64,000 nucleotides of DNA. Origin: Saccostrea cucullata (taxonomy: Eukaryota). Location: positions 1-64,000 of the forward strand of contig NW_026932596.1 of the NCBI RefSeq assembly GCF_032062105.1, in the 5' to 3' direction. The translations under genes and the position numbers were made by a program. This document shows, one piece after another, positions 12,572 to 24,114 of the stretch. A model generated the notes under the pieces. It saw only the letters and a list, made by a program, of their open reading frames with translations. It did not search any database and had not been told where the DNA came from. Every line of letters begins with the position of its first letter. Positions within the stretch are counted from its first letter, which is position 1.

Positions 12572-15500
12572 TCACTGGTCAAACTCACTGAGACTCAAAA
12601 TTGCGTTTTCTTTTTTCATCTTAACCCATTCATCAGAGACTTCTGGAAGAATTAACTTGTGGTGCCCAGCTAGGGTTTTTCCATATTTTCCGATGAACCA
12701 AGACCAATATTTTGATATCTCTGTGGAAGGAGTTATTTCCCAACCTGGCATATATGTCTTGTAGCTCTTGTATGGGTGAAATACTCCCGGATCTTTTTTA
12801 GAACAGGTACACCAGTTGCTACATTGTGTTTTCCTTTCACTGTTTATGAGAAAATTGCAAGTTTCTAATACAAGCTCTCTGTTATATATCCAATGATAAC
12901 CATTGACCCCTTGTGGACGATGTTGTATACAGCTATGGTCATGATTGTCGTCCCTGGACGCAGTTGAGCAGGGTTCCTTGCACCAAGGACATGTTTGTGG
13001 ACAGCCCCACAACTTATCAATTATGACCTGATATGGAGACGGATCTTTCCAAGATACTGATTTGATATCTCTTTTTTCATAATCTGTAGTCAGCTCGCGT
13101 TTAACTTCGTCAATTTGCTCTTTGATTAATGACGATAAATCATCAAAGTTGCTTATGCCTAGATCTTTGATAGATTGAAAGGGTTCTGCCGAAAAATGAA
13201 AACTTTGATCTTTTACATTGACGAGAAATTTCTTTATCCATTCTGCAACCGACGTCGGTGGCTGGGGTTCACAGGACGCCATACGAACAGATATTTTTAT
13301 ATCACTCATTATTTTTTCCAACACTTCAATCGCATAGCGTTTGAAAGGTGTAATTCCATTTTCAACCTGTTTACTAAAGTGATTCTTTGTAAATTCAGAA
13401 ATCCAGTTTCTTGCATACGATTCACAGCAGGTAACGTACTGCATAAACTTGTCAAAATCATCATCTTCTGCTAAATCTTTTAAGATAGCCTTGATCAAAG
13501 GATATTTTCTGAACTCAAAAAGATGATTTATTTCCCTTGAAATGTGAAGGGATAGTTCCCACTCAATTTTTTCGTGTACTAAGGGCTTCATCTCCAAACA
13601 GAAAACATTGGACACTATAACTTCATTTGCTTTTGCAGTGCAGATACCAATAAAAAGAGCCTCTGTTTCCTGCCGGCTACTCTCTATTCTTGAGTGGATA
13701 CTGTTCTTTAACTTAAAGGCTCGAATCATCTTAGTAAAGTGATATACTGAAAATCTCGCAACATGGAGAACGACTGTAATTTCTAGTTTGTGCGTAATTG
13801 TATATCCATGATTTGCAGAATCCCTAAAATGATCCTGAAATGCATCAATGCAATACTTAAGGATCTGGCTGAAAATTGTAGTGTCGTATTCGTTATCAAC
13901 CGGTAGACTTTTGATGTATGTATCAATTTTTGAGAATATAAAATAACTGATATAGTGATAGGCTTTTGCTTTGTAGTCTTCAAGCGAAAAAGCATTTTTG
14001 ATCTTTGCCCAAGCGCTGGGAATTGTTATATGGTTTGATTTGATATCATTTATCGCCATTGTTCTTGCAAGTGTATTTGATCCCCGCCAGTTTTGAATAT
14101 TCTGAGCTTTTAAGCCATCTTCTACAAGTTGGTCATATTTTCTAAATCTATCGTAGAGCAGACTGACAATATGACTTCTCATCTCCTGTACATCAAGGTC
14201 AACATCTCTCTCTGGATTATCCCGAACAATATCATCAACCCATTGTTTCCAAGCTTGATCAAACTGTTTGGATATTTCTTCCTCTGAAGGCGTTTCCTTT
14301 CTTCCCTTCAAAGTTTTTGCAAAATCTGTAGCCTTTCCTTGAATTTCTTTCTTATTTTTTAGTATGCAATTATTACTGTCCATTAAGGTTTTGCATTTTT
14401 CTTTTTCGATATTTAATTTGTGTTTTATGTCACTTATTATTGCACGGGAAGTTGATTCAAGTTCAGCATTTTTTCGACCTTTCCAATGCACCATATGCTC
14501 AGCTAAATCTGATTCTTTAAAAAAAAGTTCCAATTCCTCTGTAATCGCTTTTGTTTTGGAACTAATGGTTCTTGAAAACTCTTCATATATTTCTCTTTCA
14601 TATCTATCGAGTTCATCATATTTTATACATTTTCTAAGCTTTGGTCGAACACTGTCATTCAACCATTTTAATTTCAGCTCATCAAGTTGCCAGGTAAGTT
14701 CTTGGAATTTTTTTTCTAATAAGCTGTATGCTTTAACTTCTAATACATTTCGGAAGCTGAATACAAAGTTTTCGGACAATATGCCATTCCAAAGGCTTTG
14801 CAAATGGTCTTTTGTGTTTTCGACAGAAAGGTAATTGTGAGATTCATCACTTGTCAAATCTATAAGAATGCATTTTGCTACTTCGATAACACTTGTGCTG
14901 TATTGTGAACTAGCTGGTGCCATCGGTGGACTACCATGCCATAAATCAGGAATATATTTGACATGCCTGATTGGGTCGAAGCCGATTACATCTTGAAATG
15001 ATCTTATATTTGCCACATGTTCCTCAGTAGCTACTTCTACTGTCATTTTATCCAAATTATTGACAATTTTTTGGTTCCCTTGGATTGTTAATTTGTCTGC
15101 ATCCTGTGCTGAAACATTCTGATGAACAAAGATACAAGACTGTTTTAAAGTTATTTTTTCATTTGCTTGTTTCAACCTAATCAACGCATGAACAACTATT
15201 TGGAGAACGTCTTCCATGTCTGCAATGGTTTCTCCTTTTATGTTAATAATGGAAACATCTCCCATGCCAATTACTAGAGTTGCAAGTTCATTATCATGAT
15301 TAACCTTTTCTCCAGCCAGCTCAGGTGCACGTAAACCTTCCGTGTCAATAATCATTGCGTAGTCAAACTTTAGGGAGGATTTTGTTTTGTCAATTGGTAC
15401 GAGTTGTATATAAATTCCCCTTGTGCACCTTCCAGCACTTACGGCAAATTGAAGTCCAAACATTGTATTGAGAAGGGTCGACTTTCCAGAACTTTGGATA

Positions 15501-18500
15501 CCTAAAACTGAAATAGCAAAGAGACGTTTATTTCTTCCAATTATCCTTGAAACTTCAGTATAAACAGCATTGATCCATTTCAATGGAACATTTGCGGCAT
15601 CACCATCCATGACTTCAAGTGGTTGTCCCCAAACTAACAGTTTGGCGGCAATCTTAGGTAAAGATTGTAGAATCTCCCGACTTTTCATGGTGATTGTACA
15701 ACTCGCATCATCTTGACAGTACATAAAAGCTTCATAAATTTGGCCCATTTCCCTAAAAAAATGTTCTAATCCGAAAGAAGAATGTGCCAAGTTTCTCTCT
15801 TCTTCAGAAATTTTTGACTTGAGTTCTATCATTTTTATCTCTTTATTCGATTCTTTTTCTGAGCTTTTGTGTGATCTGATTGATTCAAATTCGTAAAAAG
15901 CTCTTCTCAATCTGTTCAAAACTTTAGGCAAAATAATTCTGGAACGACTATCCATATATTGACGCAACCATGATAAGAAAAACAATGTTGTTTCCTTATC
16001 ACAGATACACGTTACTAAAATATCGACAAACTGGGCCATTATGTCATTTATTTGATTGAAAACGCACACTTGTTTCACTCTTAATATTCGCATCCTCTCT
16101 AAGTGTGGGTCGTTAGCATTAAACTTTTCCCTTTTTCCTGACCGACGCCCTTCTTTTTGCTCGTTACTCCATTCATGCCATAAAGCTTCACCCTGAAGTG
16201 GTAGAATATCATGTTTCTGTAGTCTTGTATTCTGTTGTGTACCTTCTATTTGAGATACAATTTGGTCACACAGCTGTTTTCCTAAAAGGGATTTTGGTAG
16301 TTCCTCATCACTATAGAAGCCTGATGGTAATTGTTCACTCATTTCTTCAAGGGACATTGAAAAGGTACTATGTTGAAGTGCATCATATACATCGTTGATT
16401 AGAAACTGTTTTACCTCTATTTCATTTAGATATCGTCCCTCTGAGGTAATTGAAAGAATAGAGCATTTTTCGAAGGTAAGCTCCGTGTTTTCTTCGTATA
16501 TTTGAATAAAATGTTCCGTCTCATCCTCGTCATGTGGCAAATCTGTTACAATTATGACATGAGCCTCTGATGCATGAATTTTCTTTAGGATTGGATAGTA
16601 CGTTTCCTTTTTTATATCTTCATAGTCAATAATAACTACCAACGCACTAGCCAAATTTAGCAAAAATTGTAGTTGTTTTGGGTAGGTGAATGCATTTCCT
16701 CTAAGATTTAGTACTGTCAGAGGCCATTCAATAGTTTTTTCTTTTTCCGATTTACTTCCGGTGTCATCGGTGCTCGTTTTTGACTTTGGAATATACCAAC
16801 TTGCCTCGATTGTTCCGCTAGCAAAAACTCTTCTATGGAATCCAAGTAAACAGTCCTTGTGAAAAAAAGTACTGTGTTCATCATTTTGGCTTCTCAAAAA
16901 CTGGTTGATCAGTTTTGATTTTGAACCTTTTCTGTTATCACCAATTCCTATAAAGGCAACTGTTCTCAATTGTTTTGTAGCCACAGACTCTGAACCTCCG
17001 TCAATAAAAATTTCCCTAATAGGCCATAAAGAAAGTCTAAGAAGCTCTCGTTCATAATCCTGATATACTAAGGGAATGGCAACTTGACAAACCTGCATTT
17101 TCTGTACTACAAGTCTTTTAAGAAATGAATCAAAGCACTGAAATATTGCAAGAAAAATATCTGCTGGGTGATACTGTTCTCTTGTTTGTTTTTTTGGTTT
17201 TCTTGATGATACGAGTTTTCGAACAGGAGGTTCTTCCTTCTCTGGCTGCGATTGGGATTCAAGCTTTCGAAGCAAATCATGCAGAGTTTTTTCCCTGAAA
17301 TCAAAATTAATTGCAATAATTTTTCTGAGCATTACCCAAGGTAGCTCTGAGAACGAGTCTGGTTCTGAAAATTGATTTTCATGCATTTTCAATACTTCTT
17401 GTAGAGTCAGCTTCCCTGGGTAAAATTCAGTCATATCCATTTGGGTTAAAATCTGCCATAATGGTTTATGCTTCTCTGAAGAAGAGTGTTCCGGTATAAA
17501 ATCTTCAATGAGGGCAGATCTATCAAACCCTTTGTCTCCTTCGAAATATGACAATGAAATCTCTGAAACCTGAACCATTTTTTTCAACATGCTATCTAAA
17601 CTAAGGGTGGTAGACTGAACTATATTTTGTACATTTGTCTCAAATTTAAGTCCTCTTTCATGCATGACTTTTATTATGCTGCTGAACAACTTTGCTTTCT
17701 CTTCTTGAGAAGTATTGGAACCAGCAATGGCACAATCTTTATTAATAAGGTGAAATATTATATTCTTTAAAGCCCATGCTTGAATAACAGATGCAGAACA
17801 GCATTTCATGGCCCCAAAGAACATAAGAGTTTTCTTACATCGCCGGGAATACTCTTTTATAACGTTTATTGTCAGCGTGTTTTTGATTTCTTTTGTACTT
17901 ATATTGTATCCTAAGGTCACTGCGTCTGAAAACATAGCTAGATACCGAAGACTCTTTCCATCTGACAGCAATTTGTCAAGTGCACAAGTAACAGATGTTT
18001 GTAAAGTCGTTGTTAAAAATTGAAAAAAGTTTTCATTTTGACATATTGATCCTTGTAAAATGCTCTTTACTGCAGGAAGAAATATTGTTTCCATCGTATA
18101 ACTCGCGCTTTCAACGTCTTGAAATGGACAAGGCAAAACAACAAAATCATTCAATAAATATTTTTGCAACCATTTCGATATTTCTCCGACTAAATCATGT
18201 CTAGTGTTGCCAAGCTTCTTTCTTAAGATTAGTAGCCCATGCCAGAGCTGATGTTTTTCTTCATTTGAAGATTTAGGTTTCATTTCCATGAACCTCCTTA
18301 AAAGGGTTTCAAAAATTTTGACACCTTCCAACAAAACATTCTGAATAGGTTTGTAACCAAATCTTGACTCCCCTTCACCTAGTTGATGCAAAAGAATCCG
18401 AAGAACCGCTTCTTCTGAATCGTTTCTTTTCGCTAACGTCTCCATCTTTTTCAAAAAGTTTTCTTTCCATTTCGCAATGGAATCACAGAAATTGCGCTCA

Positions 18501-19675
18501 TCATTTTGAGTAACAAGATTCATCCAAACGTCAGCAACAAAAATTGACAATTGTTCAGCATTTTTGAAATGTTCACTTTTTTGTTCGATCAAACTCCAAA
18601 CCCCCAAAACCTCTTCATTTTCACATCTTTTATTTACGACAATCAATGATCTTATACATTTTGACAATGTCTTGTGCCAAAGAGGAAAATTAACCACCGG
18701 GAATGCGCCTCCTAATTGATAACTGTTGGTAGATATGAGCTCGAATTCCTTACACTCATTTCTGCTCAATGTACATGCACTTTCTGAACTTTCAAGCTTG
18801 CAAAGATGCCTAGTCAAAAGCACATGCTCTATAAATTTCCTTCTAATTTCTGCTGAATTACATGTATTTCTTTCTTTGAATAAAATTTCTATCTCAAAAA
18901 TGCCACCCAAATGAATCGTTTGTAGCTGAAAATGTGAGCCAAATGACTGTAAAAAAATTGAACAAATTTTTTCTGCTCTTGATTTGTCAGATGCAGCGAC
19001 CTTTTCTATCTTTTGCAAACATTTGACTGCTTTTCCTGTTAAACATATTTCTGAACTTTTTGGTTTCCATTGATATACAGGACAAAAAATAAAGACAGTA
19101 GCTCTTTTGATGTTCTGATCGCCAGATTCAATTTGAAAAAGATCTTTTTGAGATGTTTTTACAGAATATCTTCTTTCATTCATTTTTGGGATAATATCTC
19201 CTTCAACTTCCAATTGTTCTTTCAAAGTAGCGAATTCAAACAATTTCGTGTATGGTTTACTTTCACTAGATTTTATGTCAACTTTAGAAATTACATCTAC
19301 CAGTTGCTTTCGTGTCTGTAAAACATCCCTTTTTCTTCCGGTGATCAATGCACCACACAGTGCAGGTACGAAACAACAGTGATTTAAAACGTCTTTATAA
19401 GAAAAACTGAATTCCTGTAAATGTTTCAAGCAAACACCAGCATCATTCAAAAGATCTTTACTTAAATTTGAATGTACTTGAAAAGTTTCTTCAAAAGGCG
19501 TCAAGATTTCTTGAAGACCAAGACTTTTTTGCAAACTGTTGGGAATCTTTATTCTCCAGTCTGTTTCTTCACATGGTTGAAGAATTTTCCGTAGCTCTTC
19601 AATATGGTGTTTTATATCCTTAAACCAGACAAAATATTTTATTTTAATCAGAAAGTAAAAAAATACGTGCATCAT
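12572..19675 (-). CDS. GVIN1: Interferon-induced very large GTPase 1-like (VLIG/GVIN/URGCP family), main coding exon; the true exon probably starts at 19618
   Basis: Uninterrupted 2367-aa ORF. VLIG G domain: G1 GIQSSGKS (nt 15502-15479), G2 in AGRCTRG, G3 DTEG (15346-15335), then FVHQNV and LWHGSPPMAP. Upstream URGCP-like degenerate P-loop (VAFIGIGDNRKGSKSKLINQFL, HSTFFHKD, GTIEASWY, LNLRGNA). C-terminal GCPQTCPWCKEPC..H...HRPQG. The first 19 codons look intronic, with an AG acceptor at 19620-19619. Confidence 0.93.
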   Translation of the reverse strand: MMHVFFYFLIKIKYFVWFKDIKHHIEELRKILQPCEETDWRIKIPNSLQKSLGLQEILTPFEETFQVHSNLSKDLLNDAGVCLKHLQEFSFSYKDVLNHCCFVPALCGALITGRKRDVLQTRKQLVDVISKVDIKSSESKPYTKLFEFATLKEQLEVEGDIIPKMNERRYSVKTSQKDLFQIESGDQNIKRATVFIFCPVYQWKPKSSEICLTGKAVKCLQKIEKVAASDKSRAEKICSIFLQSFGSHFQLQTIHLGGIFEIEILFKERNTCNSAEIRRKFIEHVLLTRHLCKLESSESACTLSRNECKEFELISTNSYQLGGAFPVVNFPLWHKTLSKCIRSLIVVNKRCENEEVLGVWSLIEQKSEHFKNAEQLSIFVADVWMNLVTQNDERNFCDSIAKWKENFLKKMETLAKRNDSEEAVLRILLHQLGEGESRFGYKPIQNVLLEGVKIFETLLRRFMEMKPKSSNEEKHQLWHGLLILRKKLGNTRHDLVGEISKWLQKYLLNDFVVLPCPFQDVESASYTMETIFLPAVKSILQGSICQNENFFQFLTTTLQTSVTCALDKLLSDGKSLRYLAMFSDAVTLGYNISTKEIKNTLTINVIKEYSRRCKKTLMFFGAMKCCSASVIQAWALKNIIFHLINKDCAIAGSNTSQEEKAKLFSSIIKVMHERGLKFETNVQNIVQSTTLSLDSMLKKMVQVSEISLSYFEGDKGFDRSALIEDFIPEHSSSEKHKPLWQILTQMDMTEFYPGKLTLQEVLKMHENQFSEPDSFSELPWVMLRKIIAINFDFREKTLHDLLRKLESQSQPEKEEPPVRKLVSSRKPKKQTREQYHPADIFLAIFQCFDSFLKRLVVQKMQVCQVAIPLVYQDYERELLRLSLWPIREIFIDGGSESVATKQLRTVAFIGIGDNRKGSKSKLINQFLRSQNDEHSTFFHKDCLLGFHRRVFASGTIEASWYIPKSKTSTDDTGSKSEKEKTIEWPLTVLNLRGNAFTYPKQLQFLLNLASALVVIIDYEDIKKETYYPILKKIHASEAHVIIVTDLPHDEDETEHFIQIYEENTELTFEKCSILSITSEGRYLNEIEVKQFLINDVYDALQHSTFSMSLEEMSEQLPSGFYSDEELPKSLLGKQLCDQIVSQIEGTQQNTRLQKHDILPLQGEALWHEWSNEQKEGRRSGKREKFNANDPHLERMRILRVKQVCVFNQINDIMAQFVDILVTCICDKETTLFFLSWLRQYMDSRSRIILPKVLNRLRRAFYEFESIRSHKSSEKESNKEIKMIELKSKISEEERNLAHSSFGLEHFFREMGQIYEAFMYCQDDASCTITMKSREILQSLPKIAAKLLVWGQPLEVMDGDAANVPLKWINAVYTEVSRIIGRNKRLFAISVLGIQSSGKSTLLNTMFGLQFAVSAGRCTRGIYIQLVPIDKTKSSLKFDYAMIIDTEGLRAPELAGEKVNHDNELATLVIGMGDVSIINIKGETIADMEDVLQIVVHALIRLKQANEKITLKQSCIFVHQNVSAQDADKLTIQGNQKIVNNLDKMTVEVATEEHVANIRSFQDVIGFDPIRHVKYIPDLWHGSPPMAPASSQYSTSVIEVAKCILIDLTSDESHNYLSVENTKDHLQSLWNGILSENFVFSFRNVLEVKAYSLLEKKFQELTWQLDELKLKWLNDSVRPKLRKCIKYDELDRYEREIYEEFSRTISSKTKAITEELELFFKESDLAEHMVHWKGRKNAELESTSRAIISDIKHKLNIEKEKCKTLMDSNNCILKNKKEIQGKATDFAKTLKGRKETPSEEEISKQFDQAWKQWVDDIVRDNPERDVDLDVQEMRSHIVSLLYDRFRKYDQLVEDGLKAQNIQNWRGSNTLARTMAINDIKSNHITIPSAWAKIKNAFSLEDYKAKAYHYISYFIFSKIDTYIKSLPVDNEYDTTIFSQILKYCIDAFQDHFRDSANHGYTITHKLEITVVLHVARFSVYHFTKMIRAFKLKNSIHSRIESSRQETEALFIGICTAKANEVIVSNVFCLEMKPLVHEKIEWELSLHISREINHLFEFRKYPLIKAILKDLAEDDDFDKFMQYVTCCESYARNWISEFTKNHFSKQVENGITPFKRYAIEVLEKIMSDIKISVRMASCEPQPPTSVAEWIKKFLVNVKDQSFHFSAEPFQSIKDLGISNFDDLSSLIKEQIDEVKRELTTDYEKRDIKSVSWKDPSPYQVIIDKLWGCPQTCPWCKEPCSTASRDDNHDHSCIQHRPQGVNGYHWIYNRELVLETCNFLINSERKTQCSNWCTCSKKDPGVFHPYKSYKTYMPGWEITPSTEISKYWSWFIGKYGKTLAGHHKLILPEVSDEWVKMKKENAILSLSEFDQ

Positions 19676-19834
19676 AGTTATCGTTTACAGTTACTCTATA
19701 TTTTTTTTAAAATTTATTTTAGAAAATATGCGTTCATGTATGTGTGTACATGTAAGAGGGTGTGTGAGGGAGGATGTGTTTGTGTCCGAGGGGTGATAAA
19801 AAAATATGTGTTGCCTAACATGTACCCATATAAC

Positions 19835-20405
19835 CACGATTACGATAGGAAAAATGGGAATTTTCAAAGAATTAATGTATTTTCACTATATAATCAATAT
19901 AGCCCCACCCTTACACCTGAACCCCTGACCCTGCAGCCATAAAACTCGCAATTTTCAAAGAAGCATTTTTGCTCATCATAGCTATATAATTGGATAAAAC
20001 AAAAGCATGACTTTTAAAAAAAATAATGCATTTTCACTATATAATCAATAGAGCTCCACCCTAACACTACATGTAGAACCCCTGACCCTGGGGCCATGAA
20101 TTTCACAATTTTGGTAGAGGACTCATTGCTGATTACATTCATGCAAACAGTTTGACTGCTTGATGTCCAGGAGTAAAAAAGAAGATTTTTTAAAGATTGC
20201 ACTAACCCTCAGGCTCCAGGGGGGCGGGGATTATGAAATTCACAATTTTTGTTCATCTTCATCCATAGATGATTTATCTATAACTTGGTGAAAATTGGTT
20301 GAGGGGTTGCAGAGAAGAAGCTGAAAATTTTCTTATGTTAACGCACGACGACGGACGAAAACGGATAATAATATGTCACCTAAATTTACTCAGGTGATCT
20401 AAAAA
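19835..20405 (-). mobile_element. Helitron/Helentron-type non-autonomous element carrying Cg170-like satellite monomers
   Basis: About 2.5 diverged ~165-bp monomers (TTTTCACTATATAATCAAT...ACCCCTGACCCTG...CACAATTTT), a GACG microsatellite and a terminal hairpin TCACCTAAAT..CTCAGGTGA followed by AAAAA. Confidence 0.65.
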
Positions 20406-21132
20406 TACATATAAAATCTAATTTTTCTCAATAAACAAAATAGTAAATACATGTACGTATGTATGGTATATTATATTGTTTTATCATTGACTTGCAGAAC
20501 AAGTAGGTCGACTATTTATCAGATCATTGATGAGGGAGAATATTGTATTTGATTATAAATCGATTTTGAATGGGGGGAGGGGGGGGCAGCCACATATATT
20601 ATTTTCACTTACCTGAACAAGTTGACAAGCAATAAAAAAGGAAAAGTTGTCCAAAGACAAAAATTCTATTTCGTGGGGGGAGACGAAATTCCTATTTCGG
20701 GGGTGGGAGGTGGTGTGAAGGCCAACAAAAAGAGGGGGGGGGGAGAACTAGCCTTTCAGTGGGCTTTCCTATAGTTTAAGTAAGGTTGGTGAAAAAAGTG
20801 GGGGGAGGCCCCCTGCTTGATAATGCCTGTTTATAAAGGGGTACATCTGAGCAGTGAGACATGGCTGCTGAATAGAACAGTAGCATTATAAGGTTTAGTC
20901 TTCGGCCATAACGATATGGTCAGAGACGAAAATATAAACCATAACGCATTCTGCATCTAATTTAGACTAATCTACGTTTTGATATAAGATAAAATAAATG
21001 CCGCATTTATTTAAATTCATTTTACCAACTGTATTGTATACATAATTTTTAATTAATTCAAGACATCAAAGCCTTAGATGAAGATGAGTAATTAAATACT
21101 TAATTTCTATGTATTTTCTCTATCCGAAAAAA

Positions 21133-21478
21133 CATTCACGGTAGCTCAGTCGGTAGAGCGCTCACTCCGTGATCGGGAGGTCGTGAGTTCGTATCACGGC
21201 CGCGACTGACCTAGTCGTTAAAATTAGTAGCAACTGTTCCTTCACCATGCGCTCGGCACTTTGAAGTGAAAGTTGCGGGTCCTTCGGATGAGACCTTAAA
21301 ACCGAGGCCCCGTGTCAGCGGCAGGCGTTGGCACGATAAAGATCCCTCACTGCTCAATGGCCCTGAGTGCCGAGTAAAGGTCAAAATTTGAAGCCTTTCA
21401 CCGGCATACAGTGACGTCTCCATATGAGTGAAAAATTCTCAAGAGGGACGTTAAACAATATACAATCAATCAATCAAT
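21133..21478 (+). mobile_element. tRNA-derived SINE with Meta-like and Deu/Nin-like central domains (BivaMD-SINE-like)
   Basis: A box TAGCTCAGTCGG (21142), B box GTTCGTATC (21187), Deu-like CGGATGAGACC..AACCGAGGCCCCGTGTC..AAAGATCCC, (CAAT)n tail, degenerate TSD CTATC(C/A)GAAA. Confidence 0.85.
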
Positions 21479-23472
21479 CTATCAGAAACACGAACACGAT
21501 TTTTGTGTTTATCAATACTACACTGTACGTTGCCTTAAAGTTTTACAAAATAACATTTTCAGTGTGTTTGGAAAAACACGGGTTGGGTAGGAGTGGAGTT
21601 ATTGTTAATCTTTAGACATTTGAAACTTATTTAAAACTTTATTTATATGTAATCAACCCCCTAAACAAAGTAGACAATACAAAATATATATACTCCTGAT
21701 ATATGATATATGTATTCTATAATATTTAAGAAGCCATAATATCAATTGAAGTCTATCTTGCTGATCAAAAATCCAATGATTATTTAAATTTCTTTGTAAT
21801 ATATATATAACACTCTTTCTTGCATTGTAGTTTAATCAAATGACTCATTTGATATCAATATGTTAAACGATTTCTTGATAGTAAAATCATTATAAAGAGG
21901 AGTAATTAAATGTTGAACTCGCTTTTAATTGGTTAGTTTGGATCTTGAATCTCGAAACTCGAATCTCGAATGAGCCTTCTCGGCTTTCGTAGAAATGTGC
22001 CATTATTTAACATGTCTGTAATTTTTCTTTTTCTGCATTTCTATACTAAAGTCCCTGAAACGTTCTACTTTCCCATTTTTCCGTTCGCTCACCGTTCGTT
22101 CATCGTTCTTTCACCGTTCGTTCAGCGTGCGTTCACCGTTCGCTCTCCGTTCACAGTTTTGCGTTCACCGTTCACCGTGCGCTCGAGTTCACCGTTCACA
22201 AAACACGTTCACCGTTCGCTCTTCGTTCCGTTTACTTTGCGTTAACGTTCACTTATCGTTCAGTCTTCATTGGCATTCGGTACTCCGAAGTGAAAGGACC
22301 TATCTTTTTGATGGTAAGGATTTACACGTTTTTTAATTAGATAACTAAAATATCGTGTTTGAAGAATAATTATTTCATTCCAAAAATTATCTACGATATT
22401 TATATTTCTATAATTATAACTCAGCTGTTACTTTATCCGTGAAATTTCCCCTGAAAAAATACATTAAGTACCTACATGTATGTGGAACGATGCAAAAATA
22501 TTAAATAAAAAAGGGCAATGTACAAAGGCTTCACGCACGGCATCATCTTGTTGTAATGTAAAAGACGACAAATCATAAATGGATGGATAATAATCCAAGT
22601 AAGACAAGAATACACAAAAAATTATTTCTAACGCGTGTAAAAAAAATGTACGAAAACATTTATGAGAACTACACATAGGTCTGAGAATTATGAACAGTAC
22701 AGTAGATATTCAGTTAATTAAATATCTCTATACACTGTAACTAATGAAATTTATAAGACTGATTTTAAATTTTAGAAAAGTCCAACTGTTTAAAATGTTA
22801 TACATTAGATCTTTTTGTACACTAAGTTAAGTCTAATATTAAAGAGGGAACATTCCTTCATTCACCGTACCTAAATATATGTTTGCCATTCAATATAATT
22901 AAGAGCCCCCCCCCCCCCGGGCCCCTCCGTGCCTTATCTCCCGATATCGAATACTTAGTAAGTATATCCAGAATATTTTTAAAGTAATATTTAATGTGTA
23001 TTGTAACACAAAAAAATCATTCTTAAAACGAACGTCAAACAGTCATTAAACAATAGTATTTCAAAATATACATGTAGTATTTTAAATTGGCAGGGAATAT
23101 GTTTCAAATTCAATTTCGAACTTAATCCTTAAAAGTGTAAATTTCCATTATTTATATTTTTTTCTGCAGGAATGCAAAAATAAGATCTAGAAATGAAATG
23201 TAAAAATATTAAAACTTCTTGGAAATACTACGTGACTCTGCCTTCGGCATTCTCGGTGAAACGAGATTTCCACACCTCCGCTGTGTAGAATGATTTTGAT
23301 TGGCAGGCCAAGCACGTGAACGGTGTGAAGTTGAAGATGGTAAATGAAAGCCGATGATTACTGTTAAATGGATTTGTTAATCTTAAAACTTTGATTACTT
23401 TTATTGCTTGATAATTTCGGAAAAATAATAAGAATTTTTATTTGATACAACAAATATCTGAGAATAAGGGGA

Positions 23473-23490
23473 TCTCTCTCTGCCTCTTTC

Positions 23491-23526
<36 letters not shown>
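23473..23526. repeat. (CT)n microsatellite
   Basis: Read directly from the sequence. Confidence 0.9.
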
Positions 23527-23530
<4 letters not shown>

Positions 23531-24078
23531 ATTTTTCTGTTTAATAAAAACTATGACAGCACATTACTTATTTAGTTTTTAGTTTTGAAAATTTAATCTA
23601 TTACAAATAAATTTAATGCCTCATTCCATCATCTTGTCCGAGTATAATCACGGCCGGGAAATGTCTACAGATACATGTTAGGTAAAATAATCATCATAAA
23701 AGAATTAAAATGACACATAAATATAGGATATTTTGCATTAGAATTTTAAAATACGCGTATTTTTATGCAGTACGTCAACAGACAATTGTGAATTTCAAAG
23801 AAAAAAATCCGTTATTTTACTCAGAATCGCGTTGGCACGAAAATACGTTAAATTGTTTCAACCGCGTACAATGTAGTTAATTCATTCTATAAGTAGTAGT
23901 TTTATCTTCTAAAGTCCACATTATTTTATCAGTTAAAAGAATAAGCATAATTATTTACTATAAAATTAGATTTATTTATTTTTTAGCTACACGCGGTAAC
24001 AAATACACGTTTTACGGCGATTAAAATCATATTATTAAAATATCGATTTAAACATAGGTACATGTATGTGCAGAAAAT

Positions 24079-24083
<5 letters not shown>

Positions 24084-24114
<31 letters not shown>

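Noticed and set aside
19619-19675. Hydrophobic N-terminus of the 2367-aa ORF as a signal peptide
   Set aside because: It is a translated T-rich intron end finishing in an AG acceptor.
20605-20620. Perfect minus-strand donor CAG|GTAAGT 1 kb upstream of the big exon
   Set aside because: It lies in a G-run-rich MITE-like remnant with no convincing acceptor or ATG. It cannot be excluded without RNA data.
21133-21205. tRNA gene (also 38943-39035 and 25857-25920)
   Set aside because: No proper acceptor stem or poly-T terminator. The first two continue into SINE bodies with tails and TSDs, and the third is decayed.
21970-22336. Short ORFs and CRISPR-like look of the CACCGTTC clusters (also 8478-8610, 27335-27592, 32214-32438)
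   Set aside because: Irregular short subterminal repeats without constant repeat/spacer lengths. No cas genes, and the context is eukaryotic.
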